Positions 37,960-47,442 of a DNA stretch of 64,000 nucleotides are shown here, in pieces (position 1 is the first letter of the stretch; each line of letters opens with the position of its first letter). The DNA is from Candidatus Fermentithermobacillaceae bacterium (lineage in GTDB: Bacteria; Bacillota; Sulfobacillia; Fermentithermobacillales; Fermentithermobacillaceae): positions 17,828 through 81,827 of the forward strand of contig DUUV01000002.1 in the NCBI GenBank assembly GCA_012841375.1. The letters are read 5' to 3'. The notes beneath the pieces are model-generated. The model was not told the DNA's origin. It ran no database searches and saw only the letters and a program-made list of their open reading frames with translations. A program made the position numbers and the translations under genes.

Positions 37960-38844
37960 CTACCGTGGAAGCCTATCGGCGCCTTCTTTCATCTTCCGGC
38001 GCAGCACGTGGTAGAAGGACCAGTTCTCGCGTCTTAGGAGCGTCACTTTAGGGCCCGCTACCGCAACTCTGACTCTGTCGCCCCTCTTCAGAGCGAAAAA
38101 CTCCTGGCCGTCAACGCAAAGAGATGTCGAATGGCTCGGTTCTATGACCTCGATCTCGCATGGCTCTTGAGCCGGGAGCACGATCGATCGCGAATAGAGC
38201 GTGTGTGCGCAAACCGGAGTCACCAAGAGCGCTTCAATTGAGGGCTCCATAAGCGGTCCGCCCGCCGACAGTGAGTAGGCTGTGGACCCCGTAGGAGTGG
38301 CGATGATCACGCCGTCGGCCGAGTACGTATCAACGATGTTTCCGCCTACCCTTAAGGTCGTGACTATCATCCGTCCGTAGGGCCCCTTGACCACGCACGC
38401 CTCGTTCATGGCGAGCCCCGTCCGGATCACCTGATCGCCCCTTATCACCGAGGCCCGGAGGAAAATCCTCCTATCCTCTATAAACCGTCCCGACAAAAAC
38501 GAAGGGAGCGTAGAGAACAGCTCTTCGGACTCAAGTTCGGTGAGAAAGCCGAAATGGCCCAGGTTGACTCCCAGGAGGGGGACTCCCTTAGACCCCAGTC
38601 CCCGGGCGGCAGCGAGTAACGTACCGTCCCCTCCGAGCACTACAGCGAATCTGACCCGTTCGGGCCAAAGACGCATGGGTAAACCGTGTCCAGGTCGTCC
38701 GACAACCTGAGTGAGACACGACGGTACGCGCCCGGCGTAGCCCTCAGAGTCAAGCCAATCGAGAAGCCGTCCGGAGAGCTCCAGACTATCTTCCTTCAAG
38801 AGGTTTGGAAGCACACCTATTATGAGGTCTTTGTTACCGGTCAT
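37960..38844 (-). CDS. nadK: NAD(+) kinase
   Basis: GGDGT motif (VVLGGDGTLL), then ...NEACVV...DGVIIATPTGSTAYSLSAGGP... Confidence 0.85.
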   Translation of the reverse strand: MTGNKDLIIGVLPNLLKEDSLELSGRLLDWLDSEGYAGRVPSCLTQVVGRPGHGLPMRLWPERVRFAVVLGGDGTLLAAARGLGSKGVPLLGVNLGHFGFLTELESEELFSTLPSFLSGRFIEDRRIFLRASVIRGDQVIRTGLAMNEACVVKGPYGRMIVTTLRVGGNIVDTYSADGVIIATPTGSTAYSLSAGGPLMEPSIEALLVTPVCAHTLYSRSIVLPAQEPCEIEVIEPSHSTSLCVDGQEFFALKRGDRVRVAVAGPKVTLLRRENWSFYHVLRRKMKEGADRLPR

Positions 38845-40720
38845 AGGCCTCCTTCACCAGGCGCCGGACGCGCTCGGCAATAGACTCTGCGTCCAGCCCC
38901 GACAGCTTTCTAAGCTCGGATTGCGGGCCGTGCTGAACAAAAGCGTCCGGCAGAGAGAGCGTCGCCACCTCCCGGTGTTCGCCGGTACCGGCCGCGAAGC
39001 TCAGGACGGCTTCGCCTAACCCACCTGCCGGCACATTCTCTTCCACCACAAGCAGCGGCCCGGTCTTCACCAATCGCGCCACGAGTTCGCGGTCAAAGGG
39101 CTTTACGAACCGCGCGTTGACTACAGCGCACGAGACTCCTTCCCCCGATAGGATCTCAGCCGCTTGAAGGGCAGGGTAGACCGCGCTTCCTACTGCCATG
39201 ACTGTGACATCGCTGCCCGATTGCAGGACTTCGGCTTTGCCCGTTTCCAACAGCTCGGGTTTCTCCAGCGCCTCACGGTAGTCCGCTCCAATGGCCGCCC
39301 CTCTCGGGTACCTGACTGCGCACGATTCGGGGATTTGAAAAGCCGTGTGCAGCATGTTGACCAGTTCGATCTCGTCTTTGGGAGCCATCACGACCATACC
39401 GGGAACTGTCCGGAGATAGCTCAGGTCAAACTCACCGTGATGGGTTTCTCCGTCGTCTCCGACAAGTCCTGCTCTGTCAATGGCGAACACCACCTTGAGC
39501 CGCTGCTGGGAGACATCCTGAACTATCTGGTCATAGGACCTCTGAAGGAAAGTAGAGTATATGGCGACCACCGGAAGCATCCCGCCTTGGGCCAGTCCCG
39601 CCGCATACGTAACGGCGTGACTCTCGGCGATCCCGACATCGAAGAACCGGTCGGGGAATAGCTCCTTGAACTCGCCCAGTCCGGTGCCATCCGACATGGC
39701 CGCCGTAATGGCGACCAATCTGGGATTGGTCTTGGCGAAAGCGCACATGGCCTCTCCGAACACCTTGTTCCAGGCAGGAGGGCCGTCCTTCCGGTATATT
39801 TCTCCGGTGGCCGGGTCAAAGGGACCGGGACCGTGGTACCTTTCAGGGTCCTTCTCCGCAGGCTCGTATCCCTTGCCCTTCTTGGTGACAACATGCACTA
39901 TGACGGGCTCCTTGAGAGCTTTGGCATCCCGCAACACACGCTGCATGCCCTCTATGTCATGTCCGTCTATGGGTCCGTAGTAGCTGAATCCCAGAGACTC
40001 AAACCAGGCTTCCGGGAACAAGAGGTGCTTCAGGCCCCCTTTCAGTCTCCGGAGCATCTCTACGGCCTGAGGGCCAAGGCTTGGCATCCTATCCAGCACC
40101 TTCTCAAGCCTTTCCTTAGCGGACCTATATATCGGCGCCATCCGGATAGCCGTGAGGTGGAATGAGAGCCCCCCGACATTTTCCGAAATGGACATGGAGT
40201 TGTCGTTGACCACGACGATAAGCCTGCTGCCCAGCCCGCCTGCATTGTTCAGCCCTTCGAAGGCCAATCCGGACGTGAGGGACCCATCTCCTATCACCGC
40301 CACAACGTGGTAGTCTTCCCCCCTCAGGTCTCGCGCCTTGGCGAGCCCCAAGGCATAGGAGATAGAGCCTGAGGCGTGACCTGTGTCGTATACGTCATAC
40401 GGGCTCTCCGCCCGCTTGGGAAATCCCGAAAGCCCCCCAAGCCGTCGCAACGTGTGAAAGCGGTGAGACCGGCCGGTGACAAGCTTGTGGGCGTATGATT
40501 GGTGACCCACGTCCCAGACTATCTTGTCTTTGGGAGTATCAAACACGGTGTGCAGAACCAGTGTCAGCTCGACGACACCTAGGGACGACGCCAAGTGGCC
40601 TCCGTTCTTCGACACGGTGTCGATGATGCGGGCGCGAAGATCCGCCGCGAGCGCGCGCAGCTCTTTGGGTGACAAGCGCTTAAGGTCCTCGGGTGACTTG
40701 ATATCGAAGGATTCTGACAT
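38834..40720 (-). CDS. dxs: 1-deoxy-D-xylulose-5-phosphate synthase
   Basis: ...DVGHQSYAHKLVTGR...GHASGSISYALGLAKA...GDGSLTSGLAFEGLNNAG... TPP / transketolase-like. 628 aa. Confidence 0.9.
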   Translation of the reverse strand: MSESFDIKSPEDLKRLSPKELRALAADLRARIIDTVSKNGGHLASSLGVVELTLVLHTVFDTPKDKIVWDVGHQSYAHKLVTGRSHRFHTLRRLGGLSGFPKRAESPYDVYDTGHASGSISYALGLAKARDLRGEDYHVVAVIGDGSLTSGLAFEGLNNAGGLGSRLIVVVNDNSMSISENVGGLSFHLTAIRMAPIYRSAKERLEKVLDRMPSLGPQAVEMLRRLKGGLKHLLFPEAWFESLGFSYYGPIDGHDIEGMQRVLRDAKALKEPVIVHVVTKKGKGYEPAEKDPERYHGPGPFDPATGEIYRKDGPPAWNKVFGEAMCAFAKTNPRLVAITAAMSDGTGLGEFKELFPDRFFDVGIAESHAVTYAAGLAQGGMLPVVAIYSTFLQRSYDQIVQDVSQQRLKVVFAIDRAGLVGDDGETHHGEFDLSYLRTVPGMVVMAPKDEIELVNMLHTAFQIPESCAVRYPRGAAIGADYREALEKPELLETGKAEVLQSGSDVTVMAVGSAVYPALQAAEILSGEGVSCAVVNARFVKPFDRELVARLVKTGPLLVVEENVPAGGLGEAVLSFAAGTGEHREVATLSLPDAFVQHGPQSELRKLSGLDAESIAERVRRLVKEAYDR

Positions 40721-41272
40721 TTACCCTTTCCTCTCCCGAATGATTCTCTGCCGAATTCTGCCGAGGATTAGGATTATGCTTTCAGCGTACTTCAAAGTCA
40801 CAGGCTTGAAAAGTGCCTTCCCCCCAACACTGAGCATGGATGCTATCCCCACGGCGACGCTGGTTGCCACCGCCCAGTCTATATACGGTATGTACTGCCC
40901 CACCCTGTACACAAGCGCCACCGCCAGAGCCCCGGCCATGGTGGCCGCGACGTCGCCTGCCAGATCACTAAAGACGGATGACACCCTGGGAGCGTTCCTC
41001 ACAAACCATACCGCCTCGCGGGCTCCCGGCACCCTCCTTGAGGCCATGGAGAGAAGAGACTCTTCTCTTGCCCTGGTCGCCGCCAACCCCACCGCGTCGC
41101 TCGCGATGCCCAAGGCTATCACCAAAAGAAAAAGAGGCACCCCGAAGTATGGCGGGATGGCCTCATACAATCGCTCAAACGCCAGGTTCATTAAAAGGCT
41201 CAGGACAAAGGCGCTGAGCGCGAAAGCAAAGATGCCGGCATATAAACCTCGCTCTCTTTTCTTCCTGCTCAT
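40721..41272 (-). CDS. oapA: OLE-associated protein A-like small 4-TM membrane protein (inferred from genomic context)
   Basis: 183-aa, four-helix membrane protein encoded immediately downstream of the large structured RNA and abutting dxs. This is the position OapA occupies in ispA-OLE-oapA-dxs loci. Confidence 0.5.
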   Translation of the reverse strand: MSRKKRERGLYAGIFAFALSAFVLSLLMNLAFERLYEAIPPYFGVPLFLLVIALGIASDAVGLAATRAREESLLSMASRRVPGAREAVWFVRNAPRVSSVFSDLAGDVAATMAGALAVALVYRVGQYIPYIDWAVATSVAVGIASMLSVGGKALFKPVTLKYAESIILILGRIRQRIIRERKG

Positions 41273-41275
41273 GCC

Positions 41276-41790
41276 GTCGTCATCTCGCCTCCGAGGGGCA
41301 GCGCTCGCAGTAAATCTTGTGACTTAAGGTCCAGCAGGCTTTCCCGCCGGCCGACCGGGGCTTGCGCCCCTGGCGGTTCCCCTTTAGGGCCGGCCTGCCG
41401 CGTCGCCGCAAGCAGAGCTGGATCACCACTTAGTTCACACCGTAACCCCACAAGCGCCCAAGTGAGACGGTCTAGGAGTTTTCCTCAAGGGCCCCCATCC
41501 CTAGCCTTTATTGCAGCAAACGGGTTTTCAGGAGGAACCTTCCTACCCGGCCACTCAAGACAGGTCATTTCCCTAGACCGGGATGCAACCGTAGGGACAG
41601 GTGTCCCCGCGAAACCAGGGAGGACACCTACATGCCGTTGTAGGTTTCCCTGATTTCCTTCTCCCTAAAGGGACCGGAAGCTGGGCGCAACCGGCCCTCT
41701 CCAGGGCGAACCGGTATGACCGGTGACGGATTTTTAGCCCCGCCTTTGAGATGGGTCAGCCCACTAGAATACCGCGCCCACTCGGAGTGC
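41276..41790 (-). ncRNA. ole: Candidate OLE (ornate large extremophilic) RNA
   Basis: ~515-nt non-coding, highly structured region with many GC hairpins (e.g. GGUGUCCuccc..GGACACC; CCUACAacggcaUGUAGG). It is preceded by a strong sigmaA promoter and lies between ispA and the oapA-like gene upstream of dxs. No RNase P, tmRNA or SRP hallmarks were seen. Confidence 0.55.
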
Positions 41791-41797
41791 ACATTAA

Positions 41798-41826
41798 ATT
41801 ATACTCTAACTGGGGTTTTGCCTCAA
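41798..41826 (-). promoter_or_regulatory. SigmaA-type promoter (TTGAGG-17 nt-TATAAT) for the OLE-like RNA
   Basis: Perfect -10 TATAAT (complement of 41798-41803). The -35 TTGAGG (complement of 41821-41826) overlaps the ispA stop codon. Confidence 0.45.
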
Positions 41827-42731
41827 GAAGGAGAGGCAGAGGGAGAGTCAGCGGCCAGCTTGGTTGCAAGGTAGTGCTTGGACAGACGGGCAAGAAACCA
41901 ATCCGGTCCGGCCAAACGTATGCTTCTCTCTAGGGCCGAAGCAGCCTCTCTGCGTGCCGCGTCCAAAGACACCCGCTTGACCAAAGTATCTTTTTGGTCT
42001 TCGGAGCCGCCCTGGACTGAATCGTCAATATCATCCATAATCTGGAACGCAAATCCGAAACACATGCCTGCCTCCCCTGCGCGGGCCACGGTCGTCGCAG
42101 GCGCTCCGGCGAGGATGGCTCCGAGTTTGGCGGCAGTCTCAAAAAGCCTACCGGTCTTCAGCCGGTATGTGAGACGGACACGGTCGGCGGGGTCGTCGCC
42201 GTTGGAGCCCCGGTGAACGGACGGGCCGCCACCGGTCGAGATACCGGGCTGCAGGTCAAGGACTTGCCCTCCGACCATCCCTGCGGCCCCTGCCCCGTAG
42301 GCCAGGGCTCTTATGCCCTCGACGACCCGGTAAGGCGGAAGGTCGGAAGAGGCCGCCGTCTCAAACGCCAGAGTCAAGAGGGCATCGCCTGCCAGGACCC
42401 CTATGGCTTCGCCGTATTTCCTGTGGCAGGTAGGCCGCCCCCGGCGCATATCGTCATCATCCATGCAGGGCAAGTCGTCGTGAACAAGGGAGTATGCGTG
42501 GACCATCTCCATGGCAAGGGCAAAGGGCATGGCATCGCCGTCCCCACCCAGGCTCGCGTAGGTTGAGAGGACGATGGCGCCGCGAAGGCGCTTTCCGCCC
42601 CCCGCAGAGTAGGCCATGGCTTCGCGGATCAATGGGACGTCGCAACGGTATCCGCTTACCGCCGCTCCCATGGCTTTGTCAATTGATTCCTTCAAGAGGC
42701 CTAGCTCTCTCGTGAGGTCCTCTGAGGACAT
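41823..42731 (-). CDS. ispA: Farnesyl-diphosphate (polyprenyl) synthase
   Basis: Two Asp-rich motifs (VHDDLPCMDDDDMRRGRP and FQIMDDIDD). Probable start at MSSEDL (ATG 42731). The ORF drawn from 42911 overlaps xseB. Confidence 0.85.
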   Translation of the reverse strand: MSSEDLTRELGLLKESIDKAMGAAVSGYRCDVPLIREAMAYSAGGGKRLRGAIVLSTYASLGGDGDAMPFALAMEMVHAYSLVHDDLPCMDDDDMRRGRPTCHRKYGEAIGVLAGDALLTLAFETAASSDLPPYRVVEGIRALAYGAGAAGMVGGQVLDLQPGISTGGGPSVHRGSNGDDPADRVRLTYRLKTGRLFETAAKLGAILAGAPATTVARAGEAGMCFGFAFQIMDDIDDSVQGGSEDQKDTLVKRVSLDAARREAASALERSIRLAGPDWFLARLSKHYLATKLAADSPSASPS

Positions 42732-42822
42732 GGCCTTACCTCCAATACGCGTATGTCCGCCTGACGTACACGGCATTTCAGCCGGACGTCCGGCCGTTCC
42801 CAGGGCAAGAAGACCCTTTTCG

Positions 42823-43068
42823 TTACTCCGGCTCGCCTTCTTGCTTCGCCACACCTGATGCTCCGGGTTCCTTGGAGCCCGAGAGGATCTCCTCCACCTT
42901 GCGTTCGGCACTATCCAGGATACCCTCTAAGCGGCGGGCCAACTTGATGCCCTCCTCAAACTTGGCGAGTGAATCCTCCAGTGAAAGCTCACCGCTCTCC
43001 AATTGCTTCACGGTTTCTTCCAGTTGTCTTAGAGCTTTGGCGAAATCCATGTCCTCAGGCACGCTCAT
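42823..43068 (-). CDS. xseB: Exodeoxyribonuclease VII small subunit
   Basis: 81 aa (…DFAKALRQLEETVKQLESGELSLEDSLAKFEEGIKLARRL…) matches XseB. Confidence 0.85.
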   Translation of the reverse strand: MSVPEDMDFAKALRQLEETVKQLESGELSLEDSLAKFEEGIKLARRLEGILDSAERKVEEILSGSKEPGASGVAKQEGEPE

Positions 43069-44309
43069 TTGCCATCCTCCTCACCTTCACCGATCAAGTC
43101 GCTCTCTGTTAACGATTCCTCAACCCGGCAGACCAGTGATCCCCGCATCAACGAGACTTCCACCTCTGTACCTTTAGGCGCGAGCCTTGCGTCCCGTACA
43201 ATCACCCCGTCGGGCATCCTGCGCACCAGACTGAACCCCCGGGAAAGCACCCTGAGCGGGCTCAAAGCATCGAGCTTGGCGGTAGTCTTCATAAAGGCGT
43301 TTGACTTCTTCTCCATGACGGCGGCCATGCCGGCCTCCAGCTGGCGGGCCAGCCTTATGAGAGTCTCTCTCGATGAGACCAGGAACCAGTCGGGCCTCTC
43401 GAGGGCAGGCCGCGACCGAAGAAGGCTCAGTGTCTGGCGATACCCGCCGATCATTTTGTAGATTTCGTTCCTTAGGTCTTCCCTGCGCGAGCTGACGGTT
43501 GTGAGGAGGTCCGCGGCTGCCGGTACAACCAGTTCGGCTGCTTGAGAGGGAGTCGCGGCTCTGGCGTCGGCCACCAGGTCGGCCACGGTCACGTCTCTCT
43601 CATGGCCTACGGCTGAGACCACAGGTACCCTGGAAGCGTAGATGGCCCGGGCCAGAGTCTCATCGTTGAAGACAAAGAGGTCCTCCTGGGAGCCGCCGCC
43701 CCGGCCAATTATGATGACGTCCACTCCCGGCACCTCGTTGAGAGCTTGAATCCCCCGCACCATGGTACCGGCGGCGCCTTCTCCCTGGACCTTGGAATCA
43801 GCTACCACAAATGACACACCCCTGAAGCGGCGCCTACCGACGCTTATGATGTCCTTGATGGCCGCTCCACGGATGGACGTGACAAGTCCGATTTTCCGCG
43901 GGAAAAAGGGCAAAGGCCGCTTTCTCTCCTGCCGGAACAACCCTTCCTTCTCCAACTTCTCTTTCAGCTTTTCAAGGGCCGCGTAAAGGGCTCCGAGCCC
44001 GGAGGGCTCCATAAAGCTGACGTAAAGCTGGTAGACTCCGTCACGCTCAAACACCGATACACTGCCGGCCGCGATCACCTGGGCGCCTTCTGACGGGACG
44101 AACGAGAGCCTCGACGCGTCACTCCGCCACATCACGGCCTTGATGCTGGCCTTCTCATCCTTCAGGGTGAAGTAAAGGTGGCCCTGGTAGTTGCGGAGGT
44201 TCCCGATCTCGCCTCGCACCATGACCTCGCGAAGGAAATCGTCCGAACGGAAAAGGTCTCGCACATAAGCGTTCAGCCTGGATACGGTTATCGCCTTGTT
44301 TGGGTCCAT
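43065..44309 (-). CDS. xseA: Exodeoxyribonuclease VII large subunit
   Basis: N-terminal OB fold (...VRGEIGNLRNYQGHLYFTLKDEKASIKAVMWRS...). 414 aa. Confidence 0.9.
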   Translation of the reverse strand: MDPNKAITVSRLNAYVRDLFRSDDFLREVMVRGEIGNLRNYQGHLYFTLKDEKASIKAVMWRSDASRLSFVPSEGAQVIAAGSVSVFERDGVYQLYVSFMEPSGLGALYAALEKLKEKLEKEGLFRQERKRPLPFFPRKIGLVTSIRGAAIKDIISVGRRRFRGVSFVVADSKVQGEGAAGTMVRGIQALNEVPGVDVIIIGRGGGSQEDLFVFNDETLARAIYASRVPVVSAVGHERDVTVADLVADARAATPSQAAELVVPAAADLLTTVSSRREDLRNEIYKMIGGYRQTLSLLRSRPALERPDWFLVSSRETLIRLARQLEAGMAAVMEKKSNAFMKTTAKLDALSPLRVLSRGFSLVRRMPDGVIVRDARLAPKGTEVEVSLMRGSLVCRVEESLTESDLIGEGEEDGK

Positions 44310-44451
44310 GGCGGCGAATCACCTCTTGTGATGAAGGATACCGGCCAACTCTTGGCCGGTATCCGGTTTTGTCCGCGAGCCTAACTTCGAGCTCCTGCGA
44401 CCACATCCCTCCTCTGACCGGGAGCGTCAAGGAGGGCCTATCGAGGACCTC

Positions 44452-45849
44452 TTACCACTTATCCTGCGGCCCCGATAGATACTCGTGAATGTCCTTGGCT
44501 GCCGCTTTACCGGCTCCCATGGCCAGAATGACTGTGGCCGACCCGGTCACGGCGTCTCCACCTGCCCAGATCCTCTGCCTGGTCGTCCTGCCGGTCTTCT
44601 CATCGGCGATGAGCCCGCCCCAGGATTGGGCGTCCAGGCCGGACGTGGTCTGAGAAAGGATCGGGTTGGGCGAGGTGCCCAGCGACATGATCACGGTATC
44701 GCAGTCCATGACGAACTCGGAACCCTCTATGGGCACCGGACGTCGCCTTCCTGACTTATCGGGTTCGCCCAGCTCCATCTTCACGCACTTTAGACCTTTG
44801 ACCCAACCCTTTTCGTCTCCAAGGACCTCTACGGGGTTGGTGAGGAAGTGGAACTTGACGCCCTCTTCTTCCGCGTTCTCAACTTCTTCGGCTCTGGCAG
44901 GCATTTCAGCGCGGCTACGCCTGTAGATGATGGAGGCTTCCTCGGCGCCGAGCCTGAGAGCGCACCGGACGGCGTCCATGGCAACGTTGCCCGCTCCCAC
45001 TACCGCCACCTTCTTGCCCTTCTTGACGGGGGTATCCCATTCGGGGAACAGGTAAGCCTTCATGAGGTTTATCCTGGTGAGCCACTCGTTGGCCGAGTAC
45101 ACGCCGTTCAGGTTTTCACCGGGGATACGCATGAACATGGGGAGTCCGGCACCGGTTCCCACGTACACAGCCTCAAAACCCTCGTCAAACAGGTCATCTA
45201 TGGTGAAGGTGCGTCCTACGACAACGTCGGTCACGATCTTCACGCCCAAAGCCTTGACGTAATCAACTTCCCGCCTGACTACGTCCTTCGGGAGCCTGAA
45301 CTCAGGGATCCCGTAGATGAGAACACCGCCGGGAGCGTGGAGCGACTCGTATATGGTCACGTCATAGCCCAATTTGGCCAGATCGCCTGCGGCGGTAAGT
45401 CCTGACGGGCCCGCTCCTACCACGGCGACCTTCTTGCCGTTGGGGGCAGGCTTCTCGGGGACAAGGGCTCCGCCCTTAGCCTCCCAGTCTGCGGCGAACC
45501 GCTCCAGTCGACCGATGGCTATAGGGTGTCCGGTCCGGAGAAGCACGCACTTGGACTCGCACTGAGACTCTTGCGGACAGACCCGCCCGCAGACGGCCGG
45601 GAGGTTGTTTGTTTGTTTGATCGTTTCAATGGCCTCGCGATACTTTCTCTCTTTGATGAGTCCGATGAACGTAGGTATCTGAACCGATACGGGACAGCCC
45701 TCTACGCACCGGGGATTCTTGCACTGGAGGCAGCGTGAGGCTTCAGCCAGCGCCATTTCCTCAGTATATCCAGTCGCCACCTGGGAGAAGTTGCGTGCCC
45801 GCTCGGCGGGGTCCTGCATTGGCATAGGCGTTCTCTCTTTGACGGCCAT
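44452..45849 (-). CDS. nfnB: NADPH-dependent glutamate-synthase small-subunit homolog (NfnB / SudA / GltD-like: 2x[4Fe-4S] + FAD + NAD(P) binding)
   Basis: ...CLQCKNPRCVEGCPV...CGRVCPQESQCESKC..., then two Rossmann motifs (VAVVGAGPSGL..., VAVVGAGNVAMD). Confidence 0.8.
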   Translation of the reverse strand: MAVKERTPMPMQDPAERARNFSQVATGYTEEMALAEASRCLQCKNPRCVEGCPVSVQIPTFIGLIKERKYREAIETIKQTNNLPAVCGRVCPQESQCESKCVLLRTGHPIAIGRLERFAADWEAKGGALVPEKPAPNGKKVAVVGAGPSGLTAAGDLAKLGYDVTIYESLHAPGGVLIYGIPEFRLPKDVVRREVDYVKALGVKIVTDVVVGRTFTIDDLFDEGFEAVYVGTGAGLPMFMRIPGENLNGVYSANEWLTRINLMKAYLFPEWDTPVKKGKKVAVVGAGNVAMDAVRCALRLGAEEASIIYRRSRAEMPARAEEVENAEEEGVKFHFLTNPVEVLGDEKGWVKGLKCVKMELGEPDKSGRRRPVPIEGSEFVMDCDTVIMSLGTSPNPILSQTTSGLDAQSWGGLIADEKTGRTTRQRIWAGGDAVTGSATVILAMGAGKAAAKDIHEYLSGPQDKW

Positions 45850-46682
45850 TACTTACCACCTCCGCACTGGCAGCTCTCTACGGCTACCTTCTCTTCATCC
45901 CTGTACATCCCAGCCCTTCGCCAAGCTTCGGCCCAGTCAACCTCGTGACCGTCAAACATCGGGCCGTCGACACACACAAACTTGGTCTGGCCGCCGACAG
46001 TGATGCGGCAGGCACCGCACATACCGGTGCCGTCCACCATTATGGGGTTCATGGACACCCAGGTCTTGAGTCCGTAAGGCCTTGTGGTCTCACAGGTGGC
46101 GCGCATCATGGGGATGGGACCGACGGCGACTACCTCATCGCACTTGAGTCCTCCGTCTATGAGTTCCTTAAGCTTGTCCGAAACAAAGCCCTTGAACCCG
46201 CGGCTTCCGTCGTCGGTGCAGATGTGGACTTCGCTCGAGCACGCCCTCATCTCGTCCTCCAGGATGATGAGGTCTTCTGAACGGGCTCCGATGATGCTCA
46301 CGACATTGACTCCGCGTTTGTGGAGTTCCTTGCACTTGGGCAGAATGGGAGCCACACCAACTCCGCCTCCGACGGCAACGACGGTTCCGCTTGTGGGAAG
46401 CTCGGCAGGGATTCCCAGGGGCCCCACCAGGTTCAGTATTGAGTCACCGACCTCGAGCTTGCCCAGGAGCTTAGTGCTGAACCCGACTTCCTGGAAGACC
46501 AGCGTAATGGTGTCTTCTTCCCGGTCGAAGTCGGCAATGGTAAGGGGGATTCTCTCGCCGTTCTCCCTTACGCGCAGGATGATGAATTGGCCCGGCTGGG
46601 CCTTTGCCGCAACATAGGGGTTCCTGACAACAATGAGCTTCGTTACAGGGGTGAGATCCTTCTTCACCAGTATCTCGTTCAT
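45849..46682 (-). CDS. nfnA: Ferredoxin-NADP reductase-like / PyrK-like subunit (NfnA / SudB-type: FAD + [2Fe-2S])
   Basis: C-terminal Cys cluster (...CGACRITVGGQTKFVCVDGPMFDGHEVDW...). ATG at 46682 with GGGAGGAAG RBS. Adjoins the nfnB stop. Confidence 0.8.
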   Translation of the reverse strand: MNEILVKKDLTPVTKLIVVRNPYVAAKAQPGQFIILRVRENGERIPLTIADFDREEDTITLVFQEVGFSTKLLGKLEVGDSILNLVGPLGIPAELPTSGTVVAVGGGVGVAPILPKCKELHKRGVNVVSIIGARSEDLIILEDEMRACSSEVHICTDDGSRGFKGFVSDKLKELIDGGLKCDEVVAVGPIPMMRATCETTRPYGLKTWVSMNPIMVDGTGMCGACRITVGGQTKFVCVDGPMFDGHEVDWAEAWRRAGMYRDEEKVAVESCQCGGGK

Positions 46683-46735
46683 CCGGCTTCCTCCCACTTT
46701 TCACTTTGCGCCCTAAAGCACCACCTCACATTGTA

Positions 46736-47176
46736 CTAAACATCACGGAAAATGCCCATAATGACCCCGTTCACAAATCTAGGACTTGCGTGGGTGCTGA
46801 ATTCCTTGCACATCTCCAGGGCTTCGTCTATGACGACTTCGAAGGGCGCCTCTTTCACGTACAGTATCTCGCCGACGGCAAGCCTCAAAATAGCCAGGTC
46901 GACTCTGGGCATTCTTGAGAGGGCCCACCCTTGGGAGGCGCGGGATATAAGGGCGTCGATCTCGCCTACGTGGTTCACAGTCTCGAGGAAGAGCCGTTTG
47001 GCGTAGTGAAGCCTGCCGGGTACGTCCTCTGGAGCGGGGTCTCCGAAGAAGTCCCGGGCTACATCATGGAATATGGACTCAGGGTCGCCTTCCTTGAGGC
47101 TTTCCCAACAATAGAGCACCGAAAGCGCAAGGATCCTGGAGTCACGCCGTCTAAGCGAAGCCTTCTTTGTCTTCAA
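46736..47176 (-). CDS. nusB: Transcription antitermination factor NusB
   Basis: ...RRRDSRILALSVLYCWE...VDLAILRLAVGEILY... matches NusB. Confidence 0.85.
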   Translation of the reverse strand: MKTKKASLRRRDSRILALSVLYCWESLKEGDPESIFHDVARDFFGDPAPEDVPGRLHYAKRLFLETVNHVGEIDALISRASQGWALSRMPRVDLAILRLAVGEILYVKEAPFEVVIDEALEMCKEFSTHASPRFVNGVIMGIFRDV

Positions 47177-47442
47177 TGGAAATCAGGTCTTCCCGGAAGC
47201 TTTTCTTCCAGGAACTCCTTAATACCCCTTCCTTCATCGTCGGTCCACTTGCCTATAGAATACCCGAGAAACCCGAACGTCCCCAGGACCAGTGTCTTCC
47301 ACAAGCCGAGGGAGATGAGGCACACGCCGCACAGAAGTCCCAGGGTTGTGCCGACAACTCTGCCCGGATAATCCCTTATGTACTGGAGGAGCCTCTCCCA
47401 TACTTGCGACATGCGGAAGTACCTCCTAGCGCCTGGAGTCAA
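47173..47442 (-). CDS. Small integral membrane protein (DUF2273-like, YqhY-operon member)
   Basis: 89 aa with a central TM hairpin. Conserved position between amaP and nusB. Confidence 0.55.
   Translation of the reverse strand: MTPGARRYFRMSQVWERLLQYIRDYPGRVVGTTLGLLCGVCLISLGLWKTLVLGTFGFLGYSIGKWTDDEGRGIKEFLEEKLPGRPDFH

Noticed and set aside
41273-41822. Alternative identities for the large non-coding region: RNase P RNA, tmRNA, SRP RNA, riboswitch, or small ORFs (e.g. 41269-41451)
   Set aside because: There is no GGAAAGUCC-type P4 sequence, no tRNA-like T-arm (GGUUCGA), no ALAA-type tag frame and no SRP domain-IV motif. The embedded ORFs are short and lack an RBS. Genomic context fits OLE better.
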